Assembly (NCBI GenBank): GCA_963717465.1
Contig: OY970340.1
Span: forward strand, 1,856,001-1,920,000
From: Candidatus Bathyarchaeota archaeon
Lineage (GTDB): Archaea; Thermoproteota; Bathyarchaeia; Bathyarchaeales; Bathycorpusculaceae
Length of the DNA: 64,000 nt
Direction of reading: 5' to 3'
Shown here: positions 1 through 12,257 of the stretch, piece by piece
How the letters are laid out: every line of letters begins with the position of its first letter
Numbering within the stretch: the stretch's first letter is position 1
Position numbers and translations under genes: made by a program
Notes under the pieces: model-generated
Told to the model about the DNA's origin: nothing
What the model saw: only the letters and a program-made list of their open reading frames with translations
Database searches by the model: none

Positions 1-954
1 CTGATTCAAGTGCTCTTGAAACAATCCTGCGCTACTATGGAGTAAAAGATAAGGAAGTAATAGTTTGCACGAACAGTTTCATTTCTATTCCTAACAGCGT
101 TGTCTCAGCAGGCGGCAAAGTAGTTTTTTCTGATATACAAAAAAACTACGTTATCCATGGATCCTAGCAGCCTGCAAAAGAACTTGTCTAAAAAAACTTG
201 TGGGGTTATTGTTACTCACATTGCTGGTTTTCCAAACCCTGATTTAGTTGCTATAAACGAAATTTGCAAAGAAAGAAATTTGTTCTTAATCGAAGATGCA
301 ACTCACGCCTTAGGTGCCACTATTACTAATCAAAAAGTTGGAAGTTTCGGTGATGCAGCAATTTTTGCTTTTACACCTACAAAAGTTATGACAACTGGAG
401 AAGGCGGAATGCTCGTATCTACTGATCCTGAGTTAGCCGAATTTGCTAAAAGATTCCGTTATTATGGTTCTGGGCCTGGAAAAACAAATTTTGTGGAATT
501 AGGACGACACATGATGTTGCCTGAAATCTCGGCGATTCTAGGAATCTTCCAGTTGAAACGCCTCGAAGAGTTCGTTAACAAGAGAAATGAATTAGCACGC
601 GTTTACGATGAATTGCTTAAGAAGGTTGAATCGGTTACTACAATTAATTGTTCAGCGGGCTGTAGAAGCAGTTACTACAAGTATCCTTTGGTATTAGATA
701 GCAGAATTGATAGATCAGCATTTGTTATGTTGTTAGAGAAGGAGTTCGGCGTGGAAACTGGCAATGTCTTCTATCCACCGTGTCACCTTCAAGCGTTTTA
801 CAAAAAACTCGGCAAAACATCATACAGTAGTCTTTTAACCTCTGAAAGTGTTCTCTCAAGAACTATTACTCTGCCAATGCATGTTGGACTAACAATCGAC
901 AATGTCAAGTTTGTAGTAGCAAAGATTGCTTTTCTATGTTCAGAGATAGGTTAA
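1..954 (+). CDS. DegT/DnrJ/EryC1/StrS PLP-dependent sugar aminotransferase (5'-partial, frameshift near 140)
   Basis: LIEDATHALG, FAFTPTKVMTTGEGG and RTITLPMH motifs; upstream frame encodes SALETIL..EVIVCTNSFIS. Confidence 0.92.
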
Positions 955-1097
955 TTGCTTATGCTCTTCTAGAAATAAATGTTTAAGGCTATAGAACATT
1001 TCTTAGTTGTTCGGGATATGTTCTCCTTACATCTTTAAACCAATCGTGTCTCATAATTTAACATAATCTCAACTTGTTTTTCTAAGGAGTTTTTTTT

Positions 1098-1793
1098 ATG
1101 GTCGAGACACGTTCTCCAGTATCAGTTATAATTGCTTCCCTTAACGAGGAAGACGGAATAGGCCCAACAATCAAAGAGTTACAGTCTGTCATGATTAATT
1201 CTCATTTAATTGTTGTTGATGGCAACAGTGTTGACAAAACTATTGAAATCGCAAAAAACATGGGTGCTGATGTGCTTTTGCAAGAGGGCAAAGGCAAGGG
1301 TGATGCGATGTTTCAAGGTTTTCGCTTTAGAAACTCAAATTCACGATTTATAGTTTTCACAGATGCTGACTACACTTATCCTGCAGAGTTCGTTCCCAAA
1401 ATGATTGAGATACTAGAGCAAAGTCCGAATGTGGGAATGGTTATTGGCAACCGGTTTAAAGGTGAATATCTTGATAAATCGGTTAAGAATCCATTTTATC
1501 TTGGAAACAAACTGCTAGCAATTGCTCAACATGTAATGAATGGAGTTAATTTAGGTGATCCTTTGTCCGGTTTACGAGTCGTAAGAAGCGAAATACTTGA
1601 AAATTGGAAACCTAAAAGTAAAGGTTTTGATGTCGAAGCTGAATTGAATTCACTTGTTGAACGAAAAGGATACGATATAGTAGAAATTCCAATCGACTAC
1701 AGGATTAGACTTGGCGAAAAAAAATTAAAAGTTAGACACGGTTTCGGAATAATGAAAAGAATTATTTCCGAAAGCTTCACGTTTAAACATTAA
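1098..1793 (+). CDS. GT2, dolichol-phosphate hexosyltransferase (DPM1/AglJ-like)
   Basis: VSVIIASLNEE, VVDGNSVD, FTDADYTY, DPLSGLR, FDVEAE. Confidence 0.9.
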   Translation: MVETRSPVSVIIASLNEEDGIGPTIKELQSVMINSHLIVVDGNSVDKTIEIAKNMGADVLLQEGKGKGDAMFQGFRFRNSNSRFIVFTDADYTYPAEFVPKMIEILEQSPNVGMVIGNRFKGEYLDKSVKNPFYLGNKLLAIAQHVMNGVNLGDPLSGLRVVRSEILENWKPKSKGFDVEAELNSLVERKGYDIVEIPIDYRIRLGEKKLKVRHGFGIMKRIISESFTFKH

Positions 1794-1853
1794 AAATTAA
1801 AATTGTATTCTGCTGATTGTTCCAATTTTTCTATTCTTTAGGGTGTTTTATAT

Positions 1854-2879
1854 TTGGTTAGAGTTGGTTTCATCGGTTTAGGTCACATGGGGCAGCTCCA
1901 CATGCTGAATGCTATTCGCATCGATGGTGTTGAGATAGTTGCCGCTGCTGACAAGAATCCAGAAAATCGCAAGTTTGCAGAAAAATATCACGTGAAAACT
2001 TACGATGATTATTGCAAGCTGATAGATTCCGAAAAATTAGATGCAGTGATTATTTCATTGCCCAATTTTCTTAAGAAAGAAAGCGTCTCTTACGCTGCAG
2101 AAAAAAAACTTGATATCTTCTTGGATAAACCAATTAGCAGAAATTTTGCTGAAGCCCAAGAAATCGTTAAGAAAATTGAAAAAGAAAAAGTCAGGATGAT
2201 GGTTGGAGTCAACTATCGTTATTTTCCATGTGTACAAAGGATGAAAGAAAAACTAGAACGAGGCGAAATAGGCGATGCAATCATTTGCACATCCGAATTA
2301 GTTTTAAACGGGCCTATTTCCCATGACGTAGTTCCTCATCCTGTTCCAGAATGGTGGCTTAGCAAAGATTTGGCAGGCGGTGGAGCATTGATTGATTTAG
2401 GCTATCATCTAATCGACATTTTCCGTTGGATGTTCGGCGATTTTGATGTTACATTTTCAAGCTTTGGGCATAATATGAACTTGCCTGTTGAAGATTCAGG
2501 TACCGTCGTCTTAAAATCAAAAACTGACAATTCAAGTTACGTCGTTAACACTGGCTGGTTCTCTAAATCCATTTTTCCCAACTTTAATTTCAGAATCAAT
2601 TTACATGGTACAGTAGGATTCGTTTCAACGGACAATTATATCCCGCCTAACGCGAAGTTCAATGCCATAAAAGAGGGCGCTTTGAACATGATTCGAAAAG
2701 CTTCTTTCAAAAAGTTAAGCTATCTTTCCTACACTTACTATTACTCGTCTTTTTACCAAATAATGGATTTGTTTTTCAAAACTTTGAAGAATGGTTCAGA
2801 TTTTCCAGTTACATCCCAGGAACAGCTGGACGTTATCAGAGTTATTGATTCTGCTTATCACTTTAATGGAGCAAAGTAG
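1854..2879 (+). CDS. Gfo/Idh/MocA oxidoreductase
   Basis: GFIGLGHMG, DKP, GGGALIDLGYH. Confidence 0.92.
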   Translation: MVRVGFIGLGHMGQLHMLNAIRIDGVEIVAAADKNPENRKFAEKYHVKTYDDYCKLIDSEKLDAVIISLPNFLKKESVSYAAEKKLDIFLDKPISRNFAEAQEIVKKIEKEKVRMMVGVNYRYFPCVQRMKEKLERGEIGDAIICTSELVLNGPISHDVVPHPVPEWWLSKDLAGGGALIDLGYHLIDIFRWMFGDFDVTFSSFGHNMNLPVEDSGTVVLKSKTDNSSYVVNTGWFSKSIFPNFNFRINLHGTVGFVSTDNYIPPNAKFNAIKEGALNMIRKASFKKLSYLSYTYYYSSFYQIMDLFFKTLKNGSDFPVTSQEQLDVIRVIDSAYHFNGAK

Positions 2880-2880
2880 T

Positions 2881-3813
2881 ATGGCCAAAGTTGCTTTTAC
2901 AAGCGTCAAATCGGAACCATTCACCAACATTGCTATTAACGATGCAGTTGGGCGAGCGATAGATAAATTAGACTATAATTTTGCTAATGTTAAATCAGTG
3001 GTGATCAAGCCCAATTTGTGTTACTATTGGAATGCTTCGACTGGTGAAACAACGGATGGGCGAGTAGTCTCCGCTATTATTAATTACTTGAAAAACAAAA
3101 TTGGGGAAAATGTTAGTATTACTGTTGCTGAGGCTGATGCTTCAGCGATGAAAACCAAGTTCGCTTTCGATATTTTAGGCTATTCAGAACTATGCAAAAA
3201 GAATAATGTTAAATTGTTGAACTTAAGTGAAGGCAATATTTCCGATATGATTGCAAGAGTTAATGGAGAAAACATTACTTTGCCATTTCACCAAGATCTT
3301 TTGAATGCTGATTTAGTCATCAATGTTCCTAAATTGAAAACGCACAATTTTATCGGAATAACTTGCGCCATGAAAAACATGTTTGGTGCAATTTCTAAAC
3401 CCAGAAAGTTCAGCTATCACAAGAACATCAATAACGTAATAGTTGCGGCAAATAAAATTGCTAAATCACACATCGTTGTAGTAGACGGCTTGATTGTGCG
3501 AGGTTCTCACCCGAAAAGATTAGGCGCTATTTTGGCAGGTGACAATCCATTGTCTACTGATTTTGTGGCAGCTAAAGTTATGAGTTTTAATCCGCGAAGA
3601 GTGCCTTATTTGAGTTTAGCGGCGAGAGAGAAGCTTGGTGAAACAAGAAAGATTGGGTTAATCGAGGACGGCATTACGTTGGCTGAGGTTAAAAGGAAGT
3701 TTCCGCATTATAGTCATACAATTCACTCGATTTCTTGGGGTTTACAGTTAAAAATGCTCAGAACATACACAGCTGTTTCTGGAGATGTTCTTCCTCCATT
3801 CTTGGCAGAATAA
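2881..3813 (+). CDS. DUF362-family protein
   Basis: VVIKPNLC, INVPKLKTH, TCAMKNMFG, VVDG; ATG at 2881 directly follows the upstream stop. Confidence 0.85.
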   Translation: MAKVAFTSVKSEPFTNIAINDAVGRAIDKLDYNFANVKSVVIKPNLCYYWNASTGETTDGRVVSAIINYLKNKIGENVSITVAEADASAMKTKFAFDILGYSELCKKNNVKLLNLSEGNISDMIARVNGENITLPFHQDLLNADLVINVPKLKTHNFIGITCAMKNMFGAISKPRKFSYHKNINNVIVAANKIAKSHIVVVDGLIVRGSHPKRLGAILAGDNPLSTDFVAAKVMSFNPRRVPYLSLAAREKLGETRKIGLIEDGITLAEVKRKFPHYSHTIHSISWGLQLKMLRTYTAVSGDVLPPFLAE

Positions 3814-3932
3814 AATTAATAGCTTCTTGCTTGACCAATAATTAGAAGATCTTTTTGGTTGAATGGCTGATTGAGTGGTTTGAAACGGCTAACTTAAAAC
3901 TCGTTTATTTTGAAGTTGAAGTGAGTTAGGTC

Positions 3933-5072
3933 ATGCTTCTTCTTCTTGACAGTCTGGTTCCTGTTTGGTGCATTAGCGCTTGGTCCTGCAGTTTTTATTT
4001 ATCTTTATACACGACATAAATCTTCAGTGTCTTGGCCGACAATCGTTGATGCTAATTACAGACCTAAAGTTTCAATCGTAATTCCTACGTACAATGAACA
4101 AGAAATTATTTCTTATAAACTTGCCAATTCAAGCAGTTTATCATATCCCAAAAAGTCTGCTGGAAATAATAATTGTTGATAGTAATTCATCTGACGACAC
4201 CGTTGAAATAATAAAGAGTTTTGCGCAAGATCAGAAAGACCTGAAAATCAAAATATTGGTTGAAAACGAGCGAAAAGGAAAATCCCACGCTTTAAACTAT
4301 GCCTTGCCACATTGCACTGGAGAAGTAATTGTAATTTCAGATGCTGACTGTTTTTGGCCTACTAACATTCTTGAAGCTGCTTTGCCTTTTTTAGCTGACC
4401 CAAAAGTCGGTGCAATTGGAGGCCCGAAGAACTCTTTTTAATTCAAGACAAACTTGGGTAACACGGATGGAAGAAAGATACCTTAAATCAGCAAATTTTG
4501 TAAGAGTCGGAGAATCAAAGGCTGGGTCAACGGTTTTTTTTGAGGGCGGTTTTAGCGCTTTTAAACGAGAAGCCCTGGATGAATTTGATCCTTATGATAC
4601 TGGATCTGATGACTGCGGTTCAATAATTGGGATTATAGAAAAAAATTATCGCGCAATGCTTGTTAAGGAAGCCAATTTTTATTCAAGCTTTCCCCCATCT
4701 TTTAAAGGTAAAATCAGCATCAAACTAAGACGAATCAATCAGTTAATCAGAGTTTTTGCAAAATACCTCGATTTACTAGTAAAAGGGAAAAATAAACGGA
4801 ACAAAAAGCACTGTCATACCTAATATTATTCTTTATTTGATTTCGCCAATCGCGTTCGTTACTTTCATTTTCCTCTCAATTTACCTATTTCTATCTTTTC
4901 CTTTGTTATTGCTCTTTTTTGTCTTTCTTCTTAATACCTGCAAGTGCGCTTTTACTTTTATGAAGTATTAGAAAGCAACGTTTTGCTTTTTATCTCATTG
5001 ATTGCCGTTTCTTTCGGAAAAAAATTCTCCGTTTGGTCAAAACCAGACGACAGAGTTTGGCAAACTGCATGA
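3933..5072 (+). CDS. Membrane GT2 glycosyltransferase, split by several frameshifts
   Basis: ORFs 3946, 4094 and 4410 join: VSIVIPTYNE, IVDSNSSD, GKSHALN, SDADC; paralog of 37494..38684; ends approximate. Confidence 0.8.
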
Positions 5073-5135
5073 CGTTTTTCATTCTTGAAGATTTCGAACG
5101 AGGCAATTTAAAACTTAAAAATGGTGTGTTAATTA

Positions 5136-6014
5136 ATGAGATTCTGATGTTTTGGTCACTGTTGGTTTGTGCGTTAAGAATTCTGAAGCAACCATTGAAA
5201 ATGCAGTTAATAGTATACTCAATCAGGATTTTCCTTTTGAATTAATGGAGCTTGTCGTAGTAGACGGGTACAGCAAAGACCGGACGATATCACATAATTA
5301 AAGAATTCTTAATTCAAACTGACTTAAGAAAAAAATTCTTCTATGAAAACCTAGGATTGGGGCAAGCTAGACAAACAGTGGTAAAAAACACTACTGCACC
5401 CTACATTATTTGGGTAGACGGGGATATGGAGTTGCCCAAGAATTTCATTTCAAAACAAGTTAAGTTCATGGATGCCAATCCGAAAGTAGGTATAGGAAAA
5501 GGCAAATATGGGTTAGACAAAACAGGCAAGTTAGTTGCAAACTTGGAGAATATGGAGTTTCTGATTAATTTTCATGAAGAGGGGGAGACTGATTCGAAGT
5601 CTCTTGGAACCTCAGGTTGCATCTATAGACTTGAAGCAATCAGGCAGGCTGGCGGTTTTGACCCTAACTTTCAAAGGTGTCGGTGAGGATATGGATGCTG
5701 AGTACAGAGTACGTCAACAAGGCTGGAAACTCTGTGTCACGGATGCTGTTTTTTATGAGAAGCGCCGGGATTCTTGGCGGTCACTTTGGGATGAGTATTT
5801 TTGGCACGGTTACGGTTGGCAATCACTCCTAACCAAGAACAGAGATATGATCAACATTGTTAAACTGTTGCCTCCGATTGCATTGATTATTGAGTGCATA
5901 AGAGTTCCTAAAGCGTACCGATTGACGTATCAGAAAACGGCTTTATTGTTACCTTTTCATTATTTTTTCAAGCGAATCGCTTGGTTTCTTGGTTTCATGA
6001 AAAGCCGCATATAA
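5136..6014 (+). CDS. GT2 glycosyltransferase, frameshifted
   Basis: VTVGLCVKNSE, VVDGYSKD, WVDGD, GGFDPNF/GEDMD across frames. Confidence 0.82.
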
Positions 6015-6040
6015 CTACAACTGCTTTGGCGGTTTTTAAG

Positions 6041-6911
6041 ATGCGGTACGTTGTAACTATCGGAGTCTGTGTAAAAAATGGTTCCCACTCTATTCTTAAT
6101 GCGCTTGAAAGTGTTATGGCTCAGGATTTTCCCCATGCGCTCATAGAAGTCATAATTGTCGACGATGGAAGCATCGATAACACGCTTTCAATGGTAAAAG
6201 ATTACTCATCAAAAATGGATATGAACGTCAAAATCCTCCATTTTGATTGGCAAGGCATCGGTCAATCCAGAAACATCATAGCCAAAAACGCTGAAGGCAA
6301 ATACATTGTCTGGGTAGACAGCGACATGGTGCTTTCAAAAAGTTTTGTTCAAGAACAATATGATTTCATGGAGAAACAACTTGAAAATCGGAATAGCAAA
6401 AGGCGTGTATGGAATTCTGCCAAATGCAAATTTGGTTGCCTCACTTGAAAACATGTCGTTTGTTTCTGAAAATTCAAAGTATGAATGCGGGACTGGCGGT
6501 GCCATTTACCGAACTGAAGCCTTAAGACAAGCAGGTTACTTCGATGCGAACTTAAGGCTTGCTGGAGAGGATCATGCTGCAGCATCCAGGATTAAGGCCT
6601 GCAGGATGGCTGCTTGAACGCAGCCCAGCTGTTTTTTTTGAACAACCAAGAACTTCATGGAATAAGCTTTGGACTAAATACTATAATTGGGGTTACGGAT
6701 CTGAATAGCGCTTGTCGTCAAAACCCCAATTTAATCGTTCTCTACCAAATGATTCCGTTAGCTGGGTTTGTTGGCGGATTTAAACGTTCACTGATTGCTT
6801 ACAAGTTAACGAGGCGATAAAAAGAATTTTCTTTTACCTATCCAGTTTATTTTCAAATTAACCGCTTGGTGCCTGGGTTACATGAAAGGGTACATGCACC
6901 TACAGAACTAA
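6041..6911 (+). CDS. GT2 glycosyltransferase, frameshifted
   Basis: VTIGVCVKN, VDDGSID, WVDSD, AGED across ORFs 5981, 6345 and 6614. Confidence 0.82.
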
Positions 6912-6936
6912 AACAGAAATTAAAGAGGCAAGTGAA

Positions 6937-7714
6937 ATGATTATCTGAAACCTAATATCGATCAAAATCAAAGTGAAAAATTTCAAAACTGGTTTGAACA
7001 AAAAATTACTCTTTCAGATCCATGGTACAAGCTTATACTAAAAATGCTTAAAACAATAATGCCAAGTTTTGAAGGAAAAAGAGTTATGGAAGTCGGATGC
7101 GGGCTTGGGGTTTTTTGCATTCAAATAGCTAAAGAAAATGGTGAAGCCATAGGATTAGACATTTCAAAAAGTGCAATAATGGAAGCAAAAGACTTGTCAA
7201 GCCAATATGGCGTTAAAGATAAAGTCCAATTTGTCGTCAGTGATGCACGTTTTTTACCCTTTCAAAGACTGCTCAGAGGACTTAATTGTTTCTTCAGAAA
7301 CGCTGGAGCATATTGAAAACCATGAACAGGCTTTCCACGAATTCGCCAGGATCACTAACAATTCAGGGTACGTTTGCATCACAGTTCCAAACCTAATTAG
7401 CAGCCTGTTTTTTGAAATCGTTTTTTTTATGGTTATGGGTCAGCCTAAATACGTAAAACAGTTTCTTAATGTTGACAAAGAATACATTTTTCATTACTTT
7501 AAAGTCAAGCGCCTGGTTAACTCTGAAAAATTAAGATATTGTTGACATTCGCGGAACTGATTATGTCCATCTGCACCCCAAAATAACGAGGTTCTTCAAA
7601 CTAGGCAATGTTATCAACATGGTTTCAAGCGAGTTGGAAAATAAAAAATCTTGGCGTTTTTTTGGTGCAAACATCGGAATTATCGCTCAAGAAAAACTTG
7701 TGAAACCATTTAAA
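6937..7714 (+). CDS. Class I SAM-dependent methyltransferase, frameshifted
   Basis: VMEVGCGLG, GLDIS, DARFLPF, ETLEHI, ITVPN; ends approximate. Confidence 0.82.
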
Positions 7715-7746
7715 TTTTAACAGTTGCGATCTGGAAAAACAGAAAA

Positions 7747-8866
7747 GTGGACATTAAATATCGGGGTTTTTTCCCCAAGCCTTAGTCTTCTCGGAGGAGG
7801 AGAATTCGTTGCGATAGCTATTGCAAACGCTTTAGCTCAAAATGATTACAACGTTGGTATTTTTTACAACAAAAAAAGTGAATTCTCGGAAGATTAAGGA
7901 TTTTTATGGGGAAACCATTCATCCCTCAATTAAGAACTGTTGAGCAACCAACAGTAATATCCTCAAGAGGATTAGCTAGTTTTTACCAAGCAATATTGCG
8001 ATCCTACATAGCGAAAACAAACTGCAGCCTACTCATTGACCCGTACTCTAACTGTGTTTATCCTTGGACAAACATAAGTTACATTCATTACCCATACCTG
8101 AACCAGTATTCTTACAACAAAAAATTTCCATACATTGCAAGCCACCACCTCTTAGAAGTAGGAAGCCTTCCGTACGTTATACTTGAAAAAAACCTTGTAT
8201 CCTACGATAAAAAACTCGTCATTGCAAATAGCCACTACACCGCTGAAGAGATAAGGCAGTATTCTGGGGAACACGCTGAAGTGCTCTATCCGCCTTTCGC
8301 TTCACACATTCTAACAGCTGGCAAAACAGCATTCAAAAATCCAAATGAAAACTTGGTCGTGACAACATCCCGTTTTGAGCCGAACAAGAAGCTAGAGAGA
8401 ATTCCCCTGATAGCTTCTCAAACTGACTCAAGTATCAATTTTGCAGTGATCGGTCGATTATACCATAAAGGAACACTTGACGCTTTACAAAGCACTGTTA
8501 AAAAACTTGGCTTAACAGAGCGAGTAAAATTTTATCCAGATCTGCCCGCCCAAAACAAGATAGAATTGCTCAAGAAAGCCAAAATATACTTGCATACAAT
8601 GGTTGGAGAGCATTTTGGAATTTCCATTGTGGAAGCTTTAGCTTTAGGCTGCATCCCTATAGTTCATAATTCAGGTGGACTAAAAGAATTCGTGCCTGAT
8701 CAATACAGATACGACACAATACAGGAAGCTGCAGAGCAAAATAAATGATGCAGTCAGCGATTGGTCGCCTGAAAAAACAGAGGAAATGAAAAAAGGTTCT
8801 GAAAACTTTTCAATGTCCAATTTTTCAACCAGATTCATGGAGCTTTTCTCAAAATATTACGATTAA
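7747..8866 (+). CDS. GT4 glycosyltransferase, frameshifted at both ends
   Basis: GGGEFV N-terminus in an upstream frame; IANSHYT, RFEPNK, EHFGISIVEA. Confidence 0.85.
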
Positions 8867-8889
8867 ATTATGACACTTCAGGTGTCTTT

Positions 8890-10064
8890 ATGCATGTTTG
8901 CCATGTTTGGGAACGTTTTTGGCCGTTAGACATCGGCGGTTTAGAGCGTTACATAATCGGTTTATCACGTTTTTTAGCAAAGAATGAAAAAATAGATTTT
9001 TCCCTAGTAACGGGCAAAACGAAATTTTTGCTTGTTACTAAAAACATAAAAAAAGTCGAGGATGCACGGCTTCATAAAAGTTTACCGTTTGGGTCCAAAA
9101 CCCATCGATTTGGTAAACGGCGTTCTTCATGTATGCCCTTCGCACTCAACCACAATTTATAAAAAATGCAAAATTAGCAAGCCTTTGCCGAGAAGCCGCA
9201 AACTGGGAGACCGCTAAAACTGCAGATATTTTTCATATTCACGGTATTTGGGGCGACTTAGAATACATTAAGCTCGGTGTCTTCTTGAGTCAGCACTTCA
9301 AAAAACCTTTAGTTATAACACTTCATGGCGGATTCATTGGCGACCCCTTGATCGGAGGCATGCCCCTAACAAGCCCTGAAGTAAGAAAAATTTTATTCAG
9401 TGCAAATGCTATCACGACGTACTCCAAAGAAGTTTTTCTTGGACTTGAGCAAATGGGTCTCGACTCCAAAACACGTCTTATAACAAACTTTGTTAATACA
9501 ACATATTTCGCGAATCATAATCATTCCCTGCCTTCAGAAGGTACTGTGATTTTTGTCAGTAGACTTGAAGCCGTGCAAAATCCAGAAGTGATCATCAAAG
9601 CATTCAAATATGTAAACAAGGAATGTCCGAAAGCAAAACTCAACATTGTGGGTTACGGGACACAATTTGAGGCTCTAAAACATTTAATTACAGATTTGGG
9701 TCTTCAAGACTCTGTTTTCCTGATGGGAAAACAAACCGACGTCAGGCAATTCCTTTGGAACAGCGACATTTTTGTGGCTACAAACTTCGGATACATTGCT
9801 TCTCTTGAAGCTTGGTCCGCTGGTCTTGCAGTCATAGCTCCAAATTTTGGAATACTTAAAGAAATCATTTCTAACGGCGATAACGGATTGCTCGTTGCAC
9901 CGAACAATGCTGAACAGTTAGGCAATGCGATTATCGATCTCTTAAAAAACAGAGATTACCGGCTTTCTTTAGCTCTTAAGGGGTTTCAAACCGTAAAAGA
10001 TTACGATATTTCTTCAGTTGCGCCTAAAATGGCAGAAGTTTACCAGTACGCGATGGAAAACTAA
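8890..10064 (+). CDS. GT4 glycosyltransferase, frameshifted near 9065-9130
   Basis: GGLERY, HIHG, FVSRL, SLEAWSAGLAVI, DNGLLV. Confidence 0.87.
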
Positions 10065-10083
10065 TTTTTTTGGAGACTAAAAA

Positions 10084-12213
10084 ATGCCTGATAAAAAAAT
10101 GTCTGATAAAACTCAATTTTTCCAGCAGAACTTTCTAAGCATAGTCATCTTTCTTCAAGTTGTCTTGTATGCTTCTTTCTTCCTTAACATGCCCATAGTT
10201 AGAGAGGTCGTGGGCATTGCATACTTAACGTTTATTCCAGGCATAATTTTTGTAAAACTTTTGAAGCTAGATGATGGCAGACTAAGCCTCGTTGAACTCA
10301 TACTTTATTCAGTCGGATTTAGCATTTCCTTCTTAATGTTGGCCGGATTGCTAATAGATCAATTCGGTTTAATGGTTGGTTTCGATTTTCCTCTATCTAC
10401 TTTGCCTTTGTCTTTATACATAAATACAATTGTCCTAATAGGCGCTGCAATAGTCCAAGTACGTCAAGAAAAAACTAAACAACCCTTCGTTTTAAAAGAA
10501 AAAATTCCCTACTCAGCTTTAATCTTTATTTTTCTCCCTATTCTAAGTGTTTTTGGGACGTACCTAGTAAACGTTTCAGGTAACAACTCACTCTTAATGA
10601 TAATGTTCGTCGCAGTTACATTGGTATTTATCGCCTTCGCTCTCATTAACAAACAGAATATTCATAGGTACTATCCTTTTGTAATTTTTATGATTGCATT
10701 AGCTTTACTGTTCCAATTTTCATTAATTTCAAATTATATCCTGCCTTATGGTGGAGATTCACCTGTTGAATTGTTCGTTGCCAGATATACGCAAATTAAT
10801 TCAGTCTGGTATCCAGTGCTTCCATTTTCATCAGATCAAAACTTAGGCAGAATAAACGCGATGTTAAGCGTGACTGTTCTTCCCACAATTTACTCAAACA
10901 TGATCGGAATGGATCCAACATGGGTGTTCAAAATCATCTACCCACTGATATTTGCCTTCATCCCGCTTGCATTGTACGTTATTTGGCAACCGTACGTAGG
11001 CAAAAAATTCGCTTTTCTTGCCGTTTTCCTATTCATGGCTCAGGCTACGTTCTATACCGAAATGCTAGCGTTAAACCGGCAAATAATCGCAGAGTTATTC
11101 TTTGTACTTCTCTTGGCAGTGATTTTAAACAATAAGATGAAGTTACAAACCAAATTCATAAGTTTCGCATTTTTTGCAGCTGGTCTAATTTTTTCGCATT
11201 ATGCATTAGCGATAATTTTTCTTTTCATGGCTGCTGCAGTGTGGATAATTACTTATGCTCAGAAGCGTTCATCTTATAATTTGCAATTTGGAATGATACT
11301 GCTTTTTTTTGTCGGAATGTTTGGCTGGTACCTTTTTACTTCAGGCGCAATTGTTTATGATAGCTTCGTAACTTTCTCTGGTTATATCACCAGTCAATTA
11401 GGCGATTTCTTAAATCCTGCATCAAGGGGTCAAACGGTTTTAACAGGCCTCGGATTAGCCCAATCGCCTTCACTTATAAACACCATAAGCAGAGTGTTTG
11501 CATATCTTACAGAGATATTCATTGTCATAGGAATCGTTGCATTTTTAGCTAAAAAGACCAAGTTTAACTTCGACAGGGAATACACTAATTTCGCTATAAT
11601 TGCAATCGCTATGTTAGCAGCATTAACCATTGTTCCAGGCTTAGCCAACACATTAGACATGACGCGGTTTTATCATATACTTCTAATTTTTCTAGCACCC
11701 TTTTGCATAATTGGCATGTGGACGCTTGTAAAGGCAGCTTCGAAATATGAAAAAGTCTTAGCGGTTTCCCTCTTAGTAATAATTATAATAGTCCCTTACT
11801 TTCTCTTCCAAACCAACTTTATTTACGAGGTTGCTCAAACAGAAAGTTGGTCTGTTCCCTTAAGTGGGTACCGAATGGATCCCCTAATGTTATACGGAGA
11901 TTTCGGTTACATTGACACCTACAGCGTTTATGGAGCAGAATGGGCTTCGATCAATACTAACTATCAAAACAATATAGTCGCAGACAACGCTTTGTACACT
12001 GCATTAACCGGTTATGGGCTTATTTGGAGAGGATACGTCACTGAACTTACTAATACCACTGTCCTACCACCAGGTCAGTACGTATACTTGAGCTACATCA
12101 GCATTAATTATGCACAAGAATATGAAAATGGAACCATACCAGCGATAGTTTCACACACAAACGTTATTTATTCAAATGGCGGCTGTGAAATCCGCTATGT
12201 TCCAGGCTCATAA
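10084..12213 (+). CDS. DUF2206-like polytopic membrane protein
   Basis: Many TM segments; FIPG, MLSVTVLP, FKIIYP, LNRQIIAELF, SHY, TRFY, IYSNG. Confidence 0.85.
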   Translation: MPDKKMSDKTQFFQQNFLSIVIFLQVVLYASFFLNMPIVREVVGIAYLTFIPGIIFVKLLKLDDGRLSLVELILYSVGFSISFLMLAGLLIDQFGLMVGFDFPLSTLPLSLYINTIVLIGAAIVQVRQEKTKQPFVLKEKIPYSALIFIFLPILSVFGTYLVNVSGNNSLLMIMFVAVTLVFIAFALINKQNIHRYYPFVIFMIALALLFQFSLISNYILPYGGDSPVELFVARYTQINSVWYPVLPFSSDQNLGRINAMLSVTVLPTIYSNMIGMDPTWVFKIIYPLIFAFIPLALYVIWQPYVGKKFAFLAVFLFMAQATFYTEMLALNRQIIAELFFVLLLAVILNNKMKLQTKFISFAFFAAGLIFSHYALAIIFLFMAAAVWIITYAQKRSSYNLQFGMILLFFVGMFGWYLFTSGAIVYDSFVTFSGYITSQLGDFLNPASRGQTVLTGLGLAQSPSLINTISRVFAYLTEIFIVIGIVAFLAKKTKFNFDREYTNFAIIAIAMLAALTIVPGLANTLDMTRFYHILLIFLAPFCIIGMWTLVKAASKYEKVLAVSLLVIIIIVPYFLFQTNFIYEVAQTESWSVPLSGYRMDPLMLYGDFGYIDTYSVYGAEWASINTNYQNNIVADNALYTALTGYGLIWRGYVTELTNTTVLPPGQYVYLSYISINYAQEYENGTIPAIVSHTNVIYSNGGCEIRYVPGS

Positions 12214-12257
12214 AGTTCAACCATTTGCCGCTTTAACTTGAATCACTGGATTTTAAT

